The notes beneath the pieces were generated by a model that was not told the origin of the DNA, searched no databases, and was given only the letters and a program-made list of their open reading frames with translations. A stretch of 40,009 bases of DNA from a virus (lineage: Duplodnaviria > Caudoviricetes), in the IMG/VR virus record IMGVR_UViG_3300020045_014817, positions 1-40,009 of that record; one strand, given 5' to 3'. Numbering within the stretch: position 1 is the first letter of the stretch; every line of letters begins with the position of its first letter. Positions 11,901 to 18,433 of the stretch are shown in pieces. The position numbers and the translations under genes were made by a program.

Positions 11901-12480
11901 TAATTTGAAACGCTGTACTGAGCGTTTGTAGTAATTGAAAACCTGAAAGGGTTTGCCCTGGCTTGATGCGTAAGGTGTAACCTGAAGGCAAATTGACATC
12001 GTTATTAGTTACATATAATTCTACGGTGGAATATGCCTCACAAAATTTTGTATCTGCTACTAACTGAGGAGTTTGCAGGGCAACATTTTCAAATTTCCAG
12101 TAATAAGTTCCTTTCGACATTAACGCACCTGTTTCATCAAAATTCCAAAACGTTCTGACGTTCGGGGCCACGTTTACTGTACGTAATAGTGTACTTTTAG
12201 TAAAATCATAACAGCTAATTTTTACCCAGTTGGTTGTGGTATTATCAAAATAGGTATTAACTGAAATGTTGGCATCTGGAAATCCACCGTGAGTATTTTT
12301 GAACCAGTAAGTTTCTTGCGATACGGCATCAGAAGTATCCTTCTGATTCATATTGAGAATGTAAGGATGATGGAAACCAACCGAAACCCCAGCCACTCCA
12401 CCTGGTAATAGATAATTTGTCTGTGCTTTTCCCAAAAAAGCACTGGATAACATCAGTAAGGCAATTAGTAGTTTTTTCAT
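5920..12480 (-). CDS. Giant secreted multidomain protein: Cys-paired Ig-like repeats, ConA/DUF1349-like lectin, SGNH sialate-O-acetylesterase-like domain, C-terminal beta-rich domain
   Basis: Signal peptide MKKLLIALLMLSSAFLGKA|Q; three P.I.S...TA.GC.G.V.W...Y.A.C repeats; tandem SC.NGS.FDI.SVT...YTL...G.SC.G.ASK.FT repeats; IWVRLRKIGNNITAEYS; GESNA/GQGG/QGINN/DGLH SGNH blocks (~6960-7695). Confidence 0.85.
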   Translation of the reverse strand: MKKLLIALLMLSSAFLGKAQTNYLLPGGVAGVSVGFHHPYILNMNQKDTSDAVSQETYWFKNTHGGFPDANISVNTYFDNTTTNWVKISCYDFTKSTLLRTVNVAPNVRTFWNFDETGALMSKGTYYWKFENVALQTPQLVADTKFCEAYSTVELYVTNNDVNLPSGYTLRIKPGQTLSGFQLLQTLSTAFQIKAGANPGIYTFKYEVLNGTTIIGEQTVTVNIAAGVDYCLLSITDIKTASTGINIYDVTLSSPNNNINPFNYKVLRLPDLAIVKQGTTPPADDNKEQIDLTGVPTGTYRVVFESTTKVCSAIYSVEHVLASERCSISIPSIDKIPGTNSYKVNVNFSGVSSYKYSSNLNDVSGLSQTASSFTINLDGITSATYSIRVDGVGKTCSASEDIIHYLSAVPAGSERVETYVKLLANYKDNWIIAGTNSKGGTRDYDTQSRHVETATNVTWQSYISDFNNPSNAINAHASISFQKDTARNEPNISVLVTPSKLILQQRSTKNLATTVIKTLDSLSVPIWVRLRKIGNNITAEYSKTASMNPVWTTISTVQNVTNNWGKTYYKTLGVGSTTSNYIAEARFRGHLGGQISFVTQTPNPPTIASVPSTPVAGNNVTFSATGCAGSVNWFANNVGVGAGASLSITNAVSGTVYAAKCTINGKVSTLSSTITIGNNNGLLSCKNGSSFDIASVTATTGTIYSVAFNAANLSSATVKIKNAAGVEQRSYTHSVTSNPTVINAGVLSSGTYTLDFVGLSCNGTASKTFTVVNNNPSCINGSTFDILSVTQGTGNNYSVQFNANNLSNVNIQVKNSSNVLVKEFNSTVVSNPQTFDLGNLSGAYTLVLNGISCQGQASKAFTATGTLQAPEITSSVIPSVVGANMTLTATNCSNTVDWYKNNTYVSSGLTIDIISAVLNDSYKAKCKEGSISSAFSTEIIIQSVGGTTTPPSITFGTNYLKTIAIETQTDKFSVAAFPTIGTKLKSWDATRQIAKYPIIWHSKLTNFVAANKRTWDLGISSPTDIKPWLLNQEGDGIRCQDFILYANPNTGLPWTDGNDPECGKSVDNFTSSRPFQYRVKAEGGTALSMNGWSLERYYDEGVSYTNADIFGYGDKVGNKSNTGFSVTDVENGEHGRFEEIPIVIGMADNTMGAAVSMYNQAINGVFPDRSHYPLDYVNGGYPSTHINLDGTPTNEANNVINAAWNPANKVTITSRGINNKGLIDYPNAWESSEISCYASAAFHQGEEIYYDNNNKSLHRTTNKFGVNRNAEHIIAHTIYSTQVRKWHLRKNFNDRRFVTLAKTLCDRGNIGLTTFDNGSTYVTNEDLQAKHLPRDLAFMKTMFTAFEGSYYYHWDRNTANKNIDGYNGDLFAINLINQQKSLSQGNVSFVDKFDSFDFKLWTAEISYDGGTTWKQEKGVDYIMSQTSIPHAQCITNDGVWAVFLARPENTELKACKLRINYNGNWRYLDITADMWDTTDPAYANTSLSNLPDAAKDFYYNLIDLAAGSSSVNVNAPSIASNPTVPVEGTSVTFTASGCSGTVKWWLSDANVATGLTYTVTNPTANNSYFATCTSNSVTSSSSNTISITANSNTETVQLIVFVGESNAIPKNAAETASAGDYGVRSGVKIWNSNNNTFEQMNVPTNTTLNQNARIADGWGWEVQLANLRQNGTINRDIRIVQTGQGGALIGQFNTDFAEGYWPQLQTKILAAKAAVIAEGKTPIFYVMYSQGINNAISYNQPLNDPTHFPGLSGAAYWQAATLANFANIRNLTGANTKICMTKFINSYGTYLNSAIDNIVNDNPSLNFSISNSGLSAQADGLHFDAASTKTIVDRMVSMLGLANVTTPSPSPTVPVGSVTITEPNQPINHYRSSTGSPDIISRYYLNFDDNVYLENSVMKVGISLRGGGAITYFSKAGSTINVVNNANDGGIGRQIQPDYYQKPTNFSVPGKTTSVHFPNNGYNTTLGGDDFRNVPTLLNYYATSDGYYLKFKPLVWGIDGHISEITMEVLYKLEGNSLKATYTYTSERTDNQRFVPTDGQLSFDGWSIPTLHMNKFFTKIHTYGRLPDQNNSQDITQDLPTNPKNTTTPSFTNLYPSNGWAAIEAPSQNFTLGIINKNIGYVRSERKNIVNENQADDKDDAVTIVEFLDSPPSIDTNLKRVRVDNVYFTLGTVAEIKAKAAEVPTN

Positions 12481-12492
12481 TTTGATTAATTA

Positions 12493-13314
12493 TTATACTC
12501 CGTCCACGGAGCCGTTATAGTCGTTATTTGAAATATCACCATCGACTGATTTCCCATTTTCGGAATCAGTATTGATGGTTTCTGCAATATTTAGGTTGAT
12601 GTAATACGATTCGAAAAGCGTTGGGGCGGACTTATTCACGGCAAAAAAGTAGTATTTACCGTCTGAAACTGCCTGAAAAACTGGGGAATTGCCACTGTTC
12701 AAAAATGTAGCTTGCGAAAGATCATTCACCGCCGAATAACCGTATTTGAAAACCTCTGTATTACAATAGTCTTCTAATTCTACCGTACAGTCCGACAATG
12801 CAGCACCCGAATAAAAGCGGGTTTCGGCAGTTACCGTTTTAATGATTTTGCGTGGTTTGTACTCGTTGAATTTTGCGGGTTCAAATAATAGCTCAAAGGT
12901 GTTAGAAGTTGAATATTCGGGAGAAATAGCATATTGGCATTTTACTCGAACGGGGTTCATGACTCTTGTAACGCCGTTCATATTTACTACTTCTACACAA
13001 AGGTTTTTCCCTTGCAAGTAGGTGTCGTAAAAATCCTGAAAATCTTGATAATCAGTATCAACATCACTGAACGCCTTAATTTCCATTCCTTTTTCCGCTC
13101 CTGAAACGGAAAAAGATTCGCTAAAAGACAATGAGCCTTTCAACGAATCTTTTGGTAACAAAGTAAGAATCGGAGTATTATTATACTTAGGAATTACACG
13201 AAATAAGGGGAAACACGGATGTTCCTGCTGAATAATTTCAGCAGATTGAAAAATGCTAAGTTGGAGAAATCCCCCGACTTTTGACCGCCCGTCTTCGTGT
13301 TGTAATATTCTCAT
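12493..13314 (-). CDS. Putative structural protein, tail-tube-like N-terminal half plus beta-rich C-terminal extension (probable start MRILQ at 13314)
   Basis: LCVEVVNMNGVTRVM resembles LCIIAVDANGKRQRI of the 2462-2986 protein; the track start at 13383 overlaps the upstream gene by 128 nt. Confidence 0.55.
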   Translation of the reverse strand: MRILQHEDGRSKVGGFLQLSIFQSAEIIQQEHPCFPLFRVIPKYNNTPILTLLPKDSLKGSLSFSESFSVSGAEKGMEIKAFSDVDTDYQDFQDFYDTYLQGKNLCVEVVNMNGVTRVMNPVRVKCQYAISPEYSTSNTFELLFEPAKFNEYKPRKIIKTVTAETRFYSGAALSDCTVELEDYCNTEVFKYGYSAVNDLSQATFLNSGNSPVFQAVSDGKYYFFAVNKSAPTLFESYYINLNIAETINTDSENGKSVDGDISNNDYNGSVDGV

Positions 13315-13816
13315 GCAAAATGTTTCTGTGCGGAGACGCATCATTTTTGTGTCTCTGCCAAAATCTTTTGCAAGTATCGGCACTCAAATCATCGTCACAA
13401 AGGTCGTAGAATGCTTGAAAGTGGGCAATTGCATCGTTGATGAAACCTTTATTTACGTCAACTTCTACTATCATATAATTGATGAAAGTGCGGAGTAATA
13501 GTTTACGGAGATAGGTGTTAATTTCTACCATTGATTGTGCATCAAATTTTTGTCGATTTATATGCTCGAGTCGCCAATTGGCAATTTCAATAGTAATCTC
13601 CTCGCTGAAATCATACTTTTCGTGTACATTTCCCGAACGAACCTTTATGCCATTCTGCTCAAAAAGCCATTCATATTTCACACGATTATCTGAATTAGAC
13701 AAGATTGTTAACATCATCCAGCCAATTTCATCGTGCGGTTCTCCCTTAATAATTCGGGGATGATAACGATCAAGAAACTTCTTAACCGTTTTACTAAGTT
13801 TTATGGTTAGTATCAT
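13256..13816 (-). CDS. Phage protein, candidate late transcription activator
   Basis: C-terminal AIAHFQAFYDL...LSADTCKRFWQR helical/HTH-like block; first gene upstream of the head module. Confidence 0.45.
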   Translation of the reverse strand: MILTIKLSKTVKKFLDRYHPRIIKGEPHDEIGWMMLTILSNSDNRVKYEWLFEQNGIKVRSGNVHEKYDFSEEITIEIANWRLEHINRQKFDAQSMVEINTYLRKLLLRTFINYMIVEVDVNKGFINDAIAHFQAFYDLCDDDLSADTCKRFWQRHKNDASPHRNILHENITTRRRAVKSRGISPT

Positions 13817-13819
13817 AGC

Positions 13820-14416
13820 AAAATATTTATATAATTTCTTAGAAAAACAAAAGACATACTACGGTCAATATTCTTTAAAAAATCATACGTTTTATTAAAA
13901 ATAGACAAGATTATTTAATACTAAGATACTAAAAAAATACCAATTTTAGGTAAGACTAAACTAATATTTAGAGTAAACTAATTATCAAATTTTATACAAA
14001 TCAATGATTTACAATAAATAGAACAATTCTAAGAAGAAAATTTTATCGTTTTTTTGACTGGCTGGAAAATCCCACGATTTTACGGCAGTTTCACTCTGAA
14101 AAGTTTGCAGAGCGAAGGAGATGAAAATGGAAAATAACTGTAATACTGTAATACTGTAATTTAACTTGATAATCAGGCATTTACAAAAAAAACGAACTGT
14201 AATGATTTGTAAGAATAACTGTAATTAACTGTAATTAAGTGTAATTGCACCATTGTTGCAAAGCTCTATTTATAGTTAATTACAGTAAAACTGTAATTAA
14301 TTCTTTAAAATTACAGTTCTTAAAAAATAACTGTAATAATATAAGCCACTGAATTACAGATAATTAAATAAAAAAAAGTTCGACTAATTACAGTATTACA
14401 GTATTACAGTTATTTT
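13820..14416. promoter_or_regulatory. Putative replication origin: AT-rich tract, IHF-like sites and iteron array
   Basis: Non-coding; IHF consensus AATCAAtgatTTA at 13999-14011 and near-match at 14171-14183; 13 exact ACTGTAAT copies. Confidence 0.6.
14131..14416. repeat. ACTGTAAT octamer array bounded by a perfect 31-bp inverted repeat
   Basis: Forward copies at 14137, 14145, 14153, 14196, 14218, 14228, 14290, 14330; reverse copies at 14279, 14310, 14387, 14395, 14403; IR 14131-14161 / 14386-14416. Confidence 0.95.
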
Positions 14417-14584
14417 GGTGATTATTAATTTTGAAAATGCAAAAAACTTAAAAACGCCACTAAAAGCGGAGTGCCGTTCAGTTATTTTGCTTTGTGCGTA
14501 TTTGTCCATAATTGTATATAAGTAATACCATAGACGTAATAGACTATTGTACACGTAAATACGCCAACACTTCATTATAGCCAC

Positions 14585-14615
14585 AAAAAAAGCACTGCAT
14601 TAGTAATGCAGTGCT
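14585..14615 (-). terminator. Intrinsic terminator of the secreted-protein/patatin operon
   Basis: agcactgcatta-g-taatgcagtgct with a 7-U tract on the - strand. Confidence 0.8.
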
Positions 14616-14637
14616 GGGCGGGTTTAGTGGTTAGGGT

Positions 14638-14952
14638 TTATTTTCGTAATGCCTGAAGGTATCGTCTTGAATAAGTAGCAATGTGCTGGTTTCGGCTGAA
14701 TACCTTTCCGTCTTCGTCAATACGGTCTATTAGATTTGCGTTGAGAATACATGAGCGACTAACCCGCACAAATAAACGATTGTCAAGCAGTTCGGAAAAT
14801 CGTTTTAAACAATAGGCAACCAATATTTTTTTGTTTGCCAGTTGTACCATACAATAATTTTGCATACAACTCTCTATCCTTACGATGTCAGATATTCTCA
14901 ATTGCTTGCACATCTTTTCATTATAGATCAATATATCTCCCTTAACGGTCAT
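14638..14952 (-). CDS. Stand-alone LytTR DNA-binding domain protein
   Basis: ISDIVRIES..NYC.V...LKRFSELL...FVRVSRSCILN..LI LytTR signature; no receiver domain; ATGA overlap with the upstream gene. Confidence 0.88.
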   Translation of the reverse strand: MTVKGDILIYNEKMCKQLRISDIVRIESCMQNYCMVQLANKKILVAYCLKRFSELLDNRLFVRVSRSCILNANLIDRIDEDGKVFSRNQHIATYSRRYLQALRK

Positions 14953-15224
14953 GGTCGCATTTTCAAAAAAGCAAAGTTGGCCAGTACCAAATTGCCACCC
15001 GTTGCGTAGTGTAAATTTTTCAACTTTGCAGTATCGGTAACGGTCACCACGTGACTAATCGTTACGTCGTCTCCGTAGGTCGGCACTACGCCACCGCTCC
15101 ATGTACTTGTACTATGCCAGCTACCGTTTTGAACGCTACTAATATTTGCCAAAAGTTTGGTGTCGGCACTGATAATATGATGTGCTAATAGCACAAAGGC
15201 AATTAATGTGAATAATGATTTCAT
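14949..15224 (-). CDS. Small secreted protein with G8-like N-terminal motif
   Basis: Hydrophobic signal peptide; SVQNGSWHSTSTWSGGVVPT..DDVTI.H.VTV motif. Confidence 0.75.
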   Translation of the reverse strand: MKSLFTLIAFVLLAHHIISADTKLLANISSVQNGSWHSTSTWSGGVVPTYGDDVTISHVVTVTDTAKLKNLHYATGGNLVLANFAFLKMRP

Positions 15225-15225
15225 C

Positions 15226-16101
15226 TTAATAAGGGTTATTTTTGAAGTTCTCTAATGCTTTTGTTCTTCCATGAAAATATCGCTTCTCCATCGGCGTTGG
15301 GGTAAAGTCAATCGTGTCGCCTAAGTCGTCAGTAGGTTCGTATAAATCATAATTAAAATACTTGACGTCTTTCAATTCTCCGTCTATCATAATACAAGAT
15401 TCTTGCGAAGGAATCTGCTTCATGATCTGATTAATCATCAAAAAAGTATCTACTGAATTACGGGCAATAGTCTCACTCATTGAATTGACAAAAAGCCATT
15501 CCGCTAATTGCAACAATTTTGAACCTCTCGCAACCGACCGATTTTTACGATTGAAACAATTGATTATTACAATTTCATCGGGTTTATGCTTAATTGCTTC
15601 ACTAAGCGGACAAACTGCATATACTCCCCCATCAACAAAATTCTCAACGGGTGGCATGATAATCGGCATCATGGCACTGGCCATGATTGCGTCAACAATT
15701 TCCGCATCGGTTTTGCAATCATCCGAGCATTTTGCAATCAATTGGCCAGTCGTAAAATCCACATACATAAAATAAGCAGGAATAACAAAGTCAGCTTTCT
15801 TGACATATTTTGTCAATAATGACCGAAGCGGTGACATATCCAAAAGATAGTTTTTGCCTGAAATCAAACGTTTTACGATATTCCAAAGGCTTAAATTTCC
15901 CTTGTAAATATCCTCATTGTCCAAATTCAGAATCAAATATTCGCCAATATCCGTTTTATTCTGTGCCACCATGGCACCCCAAATTGCTCCGCACGACGTA
16001 CCAAAAACGGCATCAAAGTCTTGATTTTCCAAATTATTGAAAACACCAGCTTGAAAGCCAATTTTTGCACCACCTCCCGACAAAACCAATACTCTTTTCA
16101 T
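15226..16101 (-). CDS. Patatin-like phospholipase
   Basis: LVLSGGGAKIGFQAG oxyanion loop, GTSCG nucleophile elbow, FVDGG catalytic Asp; no signal peptide. Confidence 0.95.
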   Translation of the reverse strand: MKRVLVLSGGGAKIGFQAGVFNNLENQDFDAVFGTSCGAIWGAMVAQNKTDIGEYLILNLDNEDIYKGNLSLWNIVKRLISGKNYLLDMSPLRSLLTKYVKKADFVIPAYFMYVDFTTGQLIAKCSDDCKTDAEIVDAIMASAMMPIIMPPVENFVDGGVYAVCPLSEAIKHKPDEIVIINCFNRKNRSVARGSKLLQLAEWLFVNSMSETIARNSVDTFLMINQIMKQIPSQESCIMIDGELKDVKYFNYDLYEPTDDLGDTIDFTPTPMEKRYFHGRTKALENFKNNPY

Positions 16102-16152
16102 ACCATTATTACAGTTAAATTGTGTGTTTTTGATTTGGGGGATCGGGGGAGT

Positions 16153-16602
16153 TCAATTTGTGGGAGCTGGCAAGCCAATCAACTCAAAATATTTTTTTTG
16201 AAAACTGATTTTGTTTAGTAGTTCTGACTGTTTTTTCCCTAATTCTATTTGTGACCTATTTATGTTAGCCTGCTCCATATCAATTTGTCGCTTATCTGTA
16301 GAGTTTGATTCCCGCCAATTGTATATCGAACCTTGATAATGCCGACTCTCGATATAGTCAATTATTTTCATCGGGATATTCGTAAAGGCAACTGGAGTGC
16401 TGGAGTTTGATTCTAAATAGAGTCTGATATTCTCCAGTTTTGCATATAAGCTCGATGAAATAGAATCTGGGTAACTTGCGATATAATCGACAATTCCTTT
16501 TTCTAACATTTTTGCTTCGCCTCTTGTAAGCGGCGGCATATTGACAAAAGTTTGTGAAAATCCTGATAAGGAGATCAGCAAAAGAAAAATTAATAGTTTC
16601 AT
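16153..16602 (-). CDS. Secreted helical hypothetical protein
   Basis: Signal peptide MKLLIFLLLISLSGFS|Q; coiled-coil-like C-terminus. Confidence 0.75.
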   Translation of the reverse strand: MKLLIFLLLISLSGFSQTFVNMPPLTRGEAKMLEKGIVDYIASYPDSISSSLYAKLENIRLYLESNSSTPVAFTNIPMKIIDYIESRHYQGSIYNWRESNSTDKRQIDMEQANINRSQIELGKKQSELLNKISFQKKYFELIGLPAPTN

Positions 16603-16614
16603 GTTTTTACAGTT

Positions 16615-17196
16615 TTACAGTTTTGTATAACGGAATTTTAAATAAAATCTTCGGTTGATTTGATAGGTTGGGTCGGTCAATTTTTGATTCACAACCAACA
16701 TATTATCGTAAAAGGCAAAGTCACACTTTCGACAAAAAGAAGCATTATGGTAAGTTTGTCGGCCATTTGTATATACTTGTGTGTATCCAACCCATCCAGA
16801 AATATCTATTAGTTTATCAATACCTCCTTTCACGCCTAAAACATCCGATAAAACAGGGCCGTAAATGGCTTCTTGATATACTGGTTTTCCTAAGTAGGTA
16901 TAATTAGTCAAAATTTCACCCGTTGACGAACTATCAGAATCAGAATATGTCATAACAGGAATACGAGCCGTTGGCTTCATTTTCGTGATGGCCGTATTCA
17001 ACTCTACGTACTTTTTAAGGGTGTCTGACGTAAGGTCAAAGCCTTGTTTTGGTACTGGGCAGGTTGGGCAATTTTTCTGTGAAGAAATATGCCTATACCG
17101 ATATGTCGCATCTTTCAAGTCTTTAGTAGATAGAACATTCTGCGAAAAGCTGACTATACTCGTACAGAGCAACATCAGCAGGAATAGTTTTTTCAT
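16615..17196 (-). CDS. Secreted protein with a phage tail-fibre-like C-terminal domain
   Basis: Signal peptide ...SIVSFS|Q; CPTC and CRKC; GEILT.YTYLGKPVYQ...IDKLIDISG...LKFRYTK resembles the E..T...GKPIY...EYTK C-terminal module recalled from phage fibre proteins. Confidence 0.6.
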   Translation of the reverse strand: MKKLFLLMLLCTSIVSFSQNVLSTKDLKDATYRYRHISSQKNCPTCPVPKQGFDLTSDTLKKYVELNTAITKMKPTARIPVMTYSDSDSSSTGEILTNYTYLGKPVYQEAIYGPVLSDVLGVKGGIDKLIDISGWVGYTQVYTNGRQTYHNASFCRKCDFAFYDNMLVVNQKLTDPTYQINRRFYLKFRYTKL

Positions 17197-17699
17197 TATA
17201 ATAATGTTTGGATGGTTACATTCAATTGAACTGTTGTTTGCGAGTAGGTGATATTGACAGTATTGGCGATGTAAGACGTACTGTCAATTTCAGAAATATT
17301 GGTTTTCTTGCTGTTATGCTCAAAAACATAAGGGCAACTATCAATACCTTGTGTATCTGTCAGGATTAATTTGAATAAGAACACTCCTTCGGCAGCTTGG
17401 TTAAATAGTGAGGTATCCGTGATAACGTCATAAAGAAATACCAATTCATTTACCGTTCCTTCACGCAAAAACAAACCATTTCGGTTAGAATTAGCACTAT
17501 TTAGCACCTCATTACTAAAAACTGAATCAGTTAAAGTCTGCCCTGTGCTACTGATAATCCCCAATACTCTAATATTGTAGGCCGTAATGTCAAAAGCAGT
17601 ACCATCAGGTTTGAAGAAGTTGAATTTATGCAAAATTGTAACGCCCGCCATTTGCTTAAATCTTTGAATTTTGGGAGATAAATCTATTTCGGCAGCCAT
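17196..17699 (-). CDS. Baseplate-upper (BppU N-terminal)-like protein, putative
   Basis: FNFFKPDGTAFDITAYNIRV...GVFLFKLILTDTQG beta-sandwich pattern; no signal peptide; first gene after late promoter P2. Confidence 0.45.
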   Translation of the reverse strand: MAAEIDLSPKIQRFKQMAGVTILHKFNFFKPDGTAFDITAYNIRVLGIISSTGQTLTDSVFSNEVLNSANSNRNGLFLREGTVNELVFLYDVITDTSLFNQAAEGVFLFKLILTDTQGIDSCPYVFEHNSKKTNISEIDSTSYIANTVNITYSQTTVQLNVTIQTLL

Positions 17700-17718
17700 G
17701 TTTTCCTTGTTTTTTTGA

Positions 17719-17753
17719 TAAAATTATACTTACACGATACCCACAAAAAGGAC
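17719..17753 (-). promoter_or_regulatory. Putative late promoter P2 GTCCTTT-N20-TAATTTTA
   Basis: Same motif and spacing as P1/P3/P4; immediately after the early-operon terminator. Confidence 0.7.
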
Positions 17754-17761
17754 AGACCAAC

Positions 17762-17791
17762 AAAAAAGCCCTTGAACTTTCAAGGGCTTTT
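17762..17791 (-). terminator. Intrinsic terminator ending the early operon
   Basis: aaaagcccttgaa-ct-ttcaagggctttt. Confidence 0.85.
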
Positions 17792-17795
17792 GTAC

Positions 17796-17912
17796 TTATT
17801 CATCATCAAACATTCGGGTATATCGCCATAATAAAACTCCAGTAGTCCAGATAATTATGGCCATCAATTTTAGTACGTCTCGGATTAAATCCATTGTTTC
17901 GGGTGTTGGCAT
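17796..17912 (-). CDS. 38-aa single-TM peptide
   Basis: Manual translation MPTPETMDLIRDVLKLMAIIIWTTGVLLWRYTRMFDDE*; fills the gap before the terminator. Confidence 0.55.
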   Translation of the reverse strand: MPTPETMDLIRDVLKLMAIIIWTTGVLLWRYTRMFDDE

Positions 17913-17925
17913 AATGTTGGTTATT

Positions 17926-18423
17926 TTACTTAATCTGACTAATTAAATCATCTAAATTGATAGCTACTTCAGTATTTTCAACTTTTGGCAAAAATGGTAT
18001 TGCTTTGGGGAAATGCTCTGAAATACGCTTGTAAGTACGGAGACTAATTAAAGTAGCTTCTACATTTTTTAAAAGCTTTTTATAATTATGAAGACTTTCC
18101 TGATGTTGATTATATAGCTTTAATAACTCTTTGGCTGTAGTCTCATCTGGCGATAAATTATTAGTAGAATTATAAGGCAGGCTATTCTTTATACTTACGT
18201 ACTGATAATTAAATCCATTTCCGCATAATCGAATAGAATGTGTTTTTTCTAAATATCCGTTATTTTCACTTTTATGTAATTCTATAACTTCAGTTGGAAC
18301 AGTTTTAAGCCATTCCTCACTAACTCTATTTGTTAATAAATTTTTAAGTTTGTCAACTTCTTTTTTATTGTTTGCTAATACTTGGGTAGCAATATCATTT
18401 GCAGCAGATTTTTAAATATTCAT
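17926..18423 (-). pseudogene. Nmad5-like phage gene with in-frame TAA at codon 4 (18412-18414)
   Basis: MNI*KSAANDIATQVL...LISLRTYKRISEHFPKAIPFLP...QIK*; otherwise open over 166 codons; missed by the ORF track. Confidence 0.75.
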
Positions 18424-18433
18424 GATGTTGTTT

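Noticed and set aside
14131-14416. CRISPR array
   Set aside because: 8-bp units in both orientations with irregular short gaps, no unique spacers, no cas genes
14396-14584. 62-aa ORF in the track
   Set aside because: Starts right after a terminator with a GTG and runs into the iteron inverted repeat; likely spurious
15226-16101. CBASS or other patatin defence system
   Set aside because: No CD-NTase, TIR or NLR partner; located in a late-promoter operon
5920-17699. Diversity-generating retroelement or shufflon acting on adhesin genes
   Set aside because: No reverse transcriptase or invertase; repeats are diverged protein-level duplications, and no TR/VR pair was noticed by eye
18412-18414. 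Stop-codon reassignment
   Set aside because: TAA terminates most genes in the window; this is an isolated case
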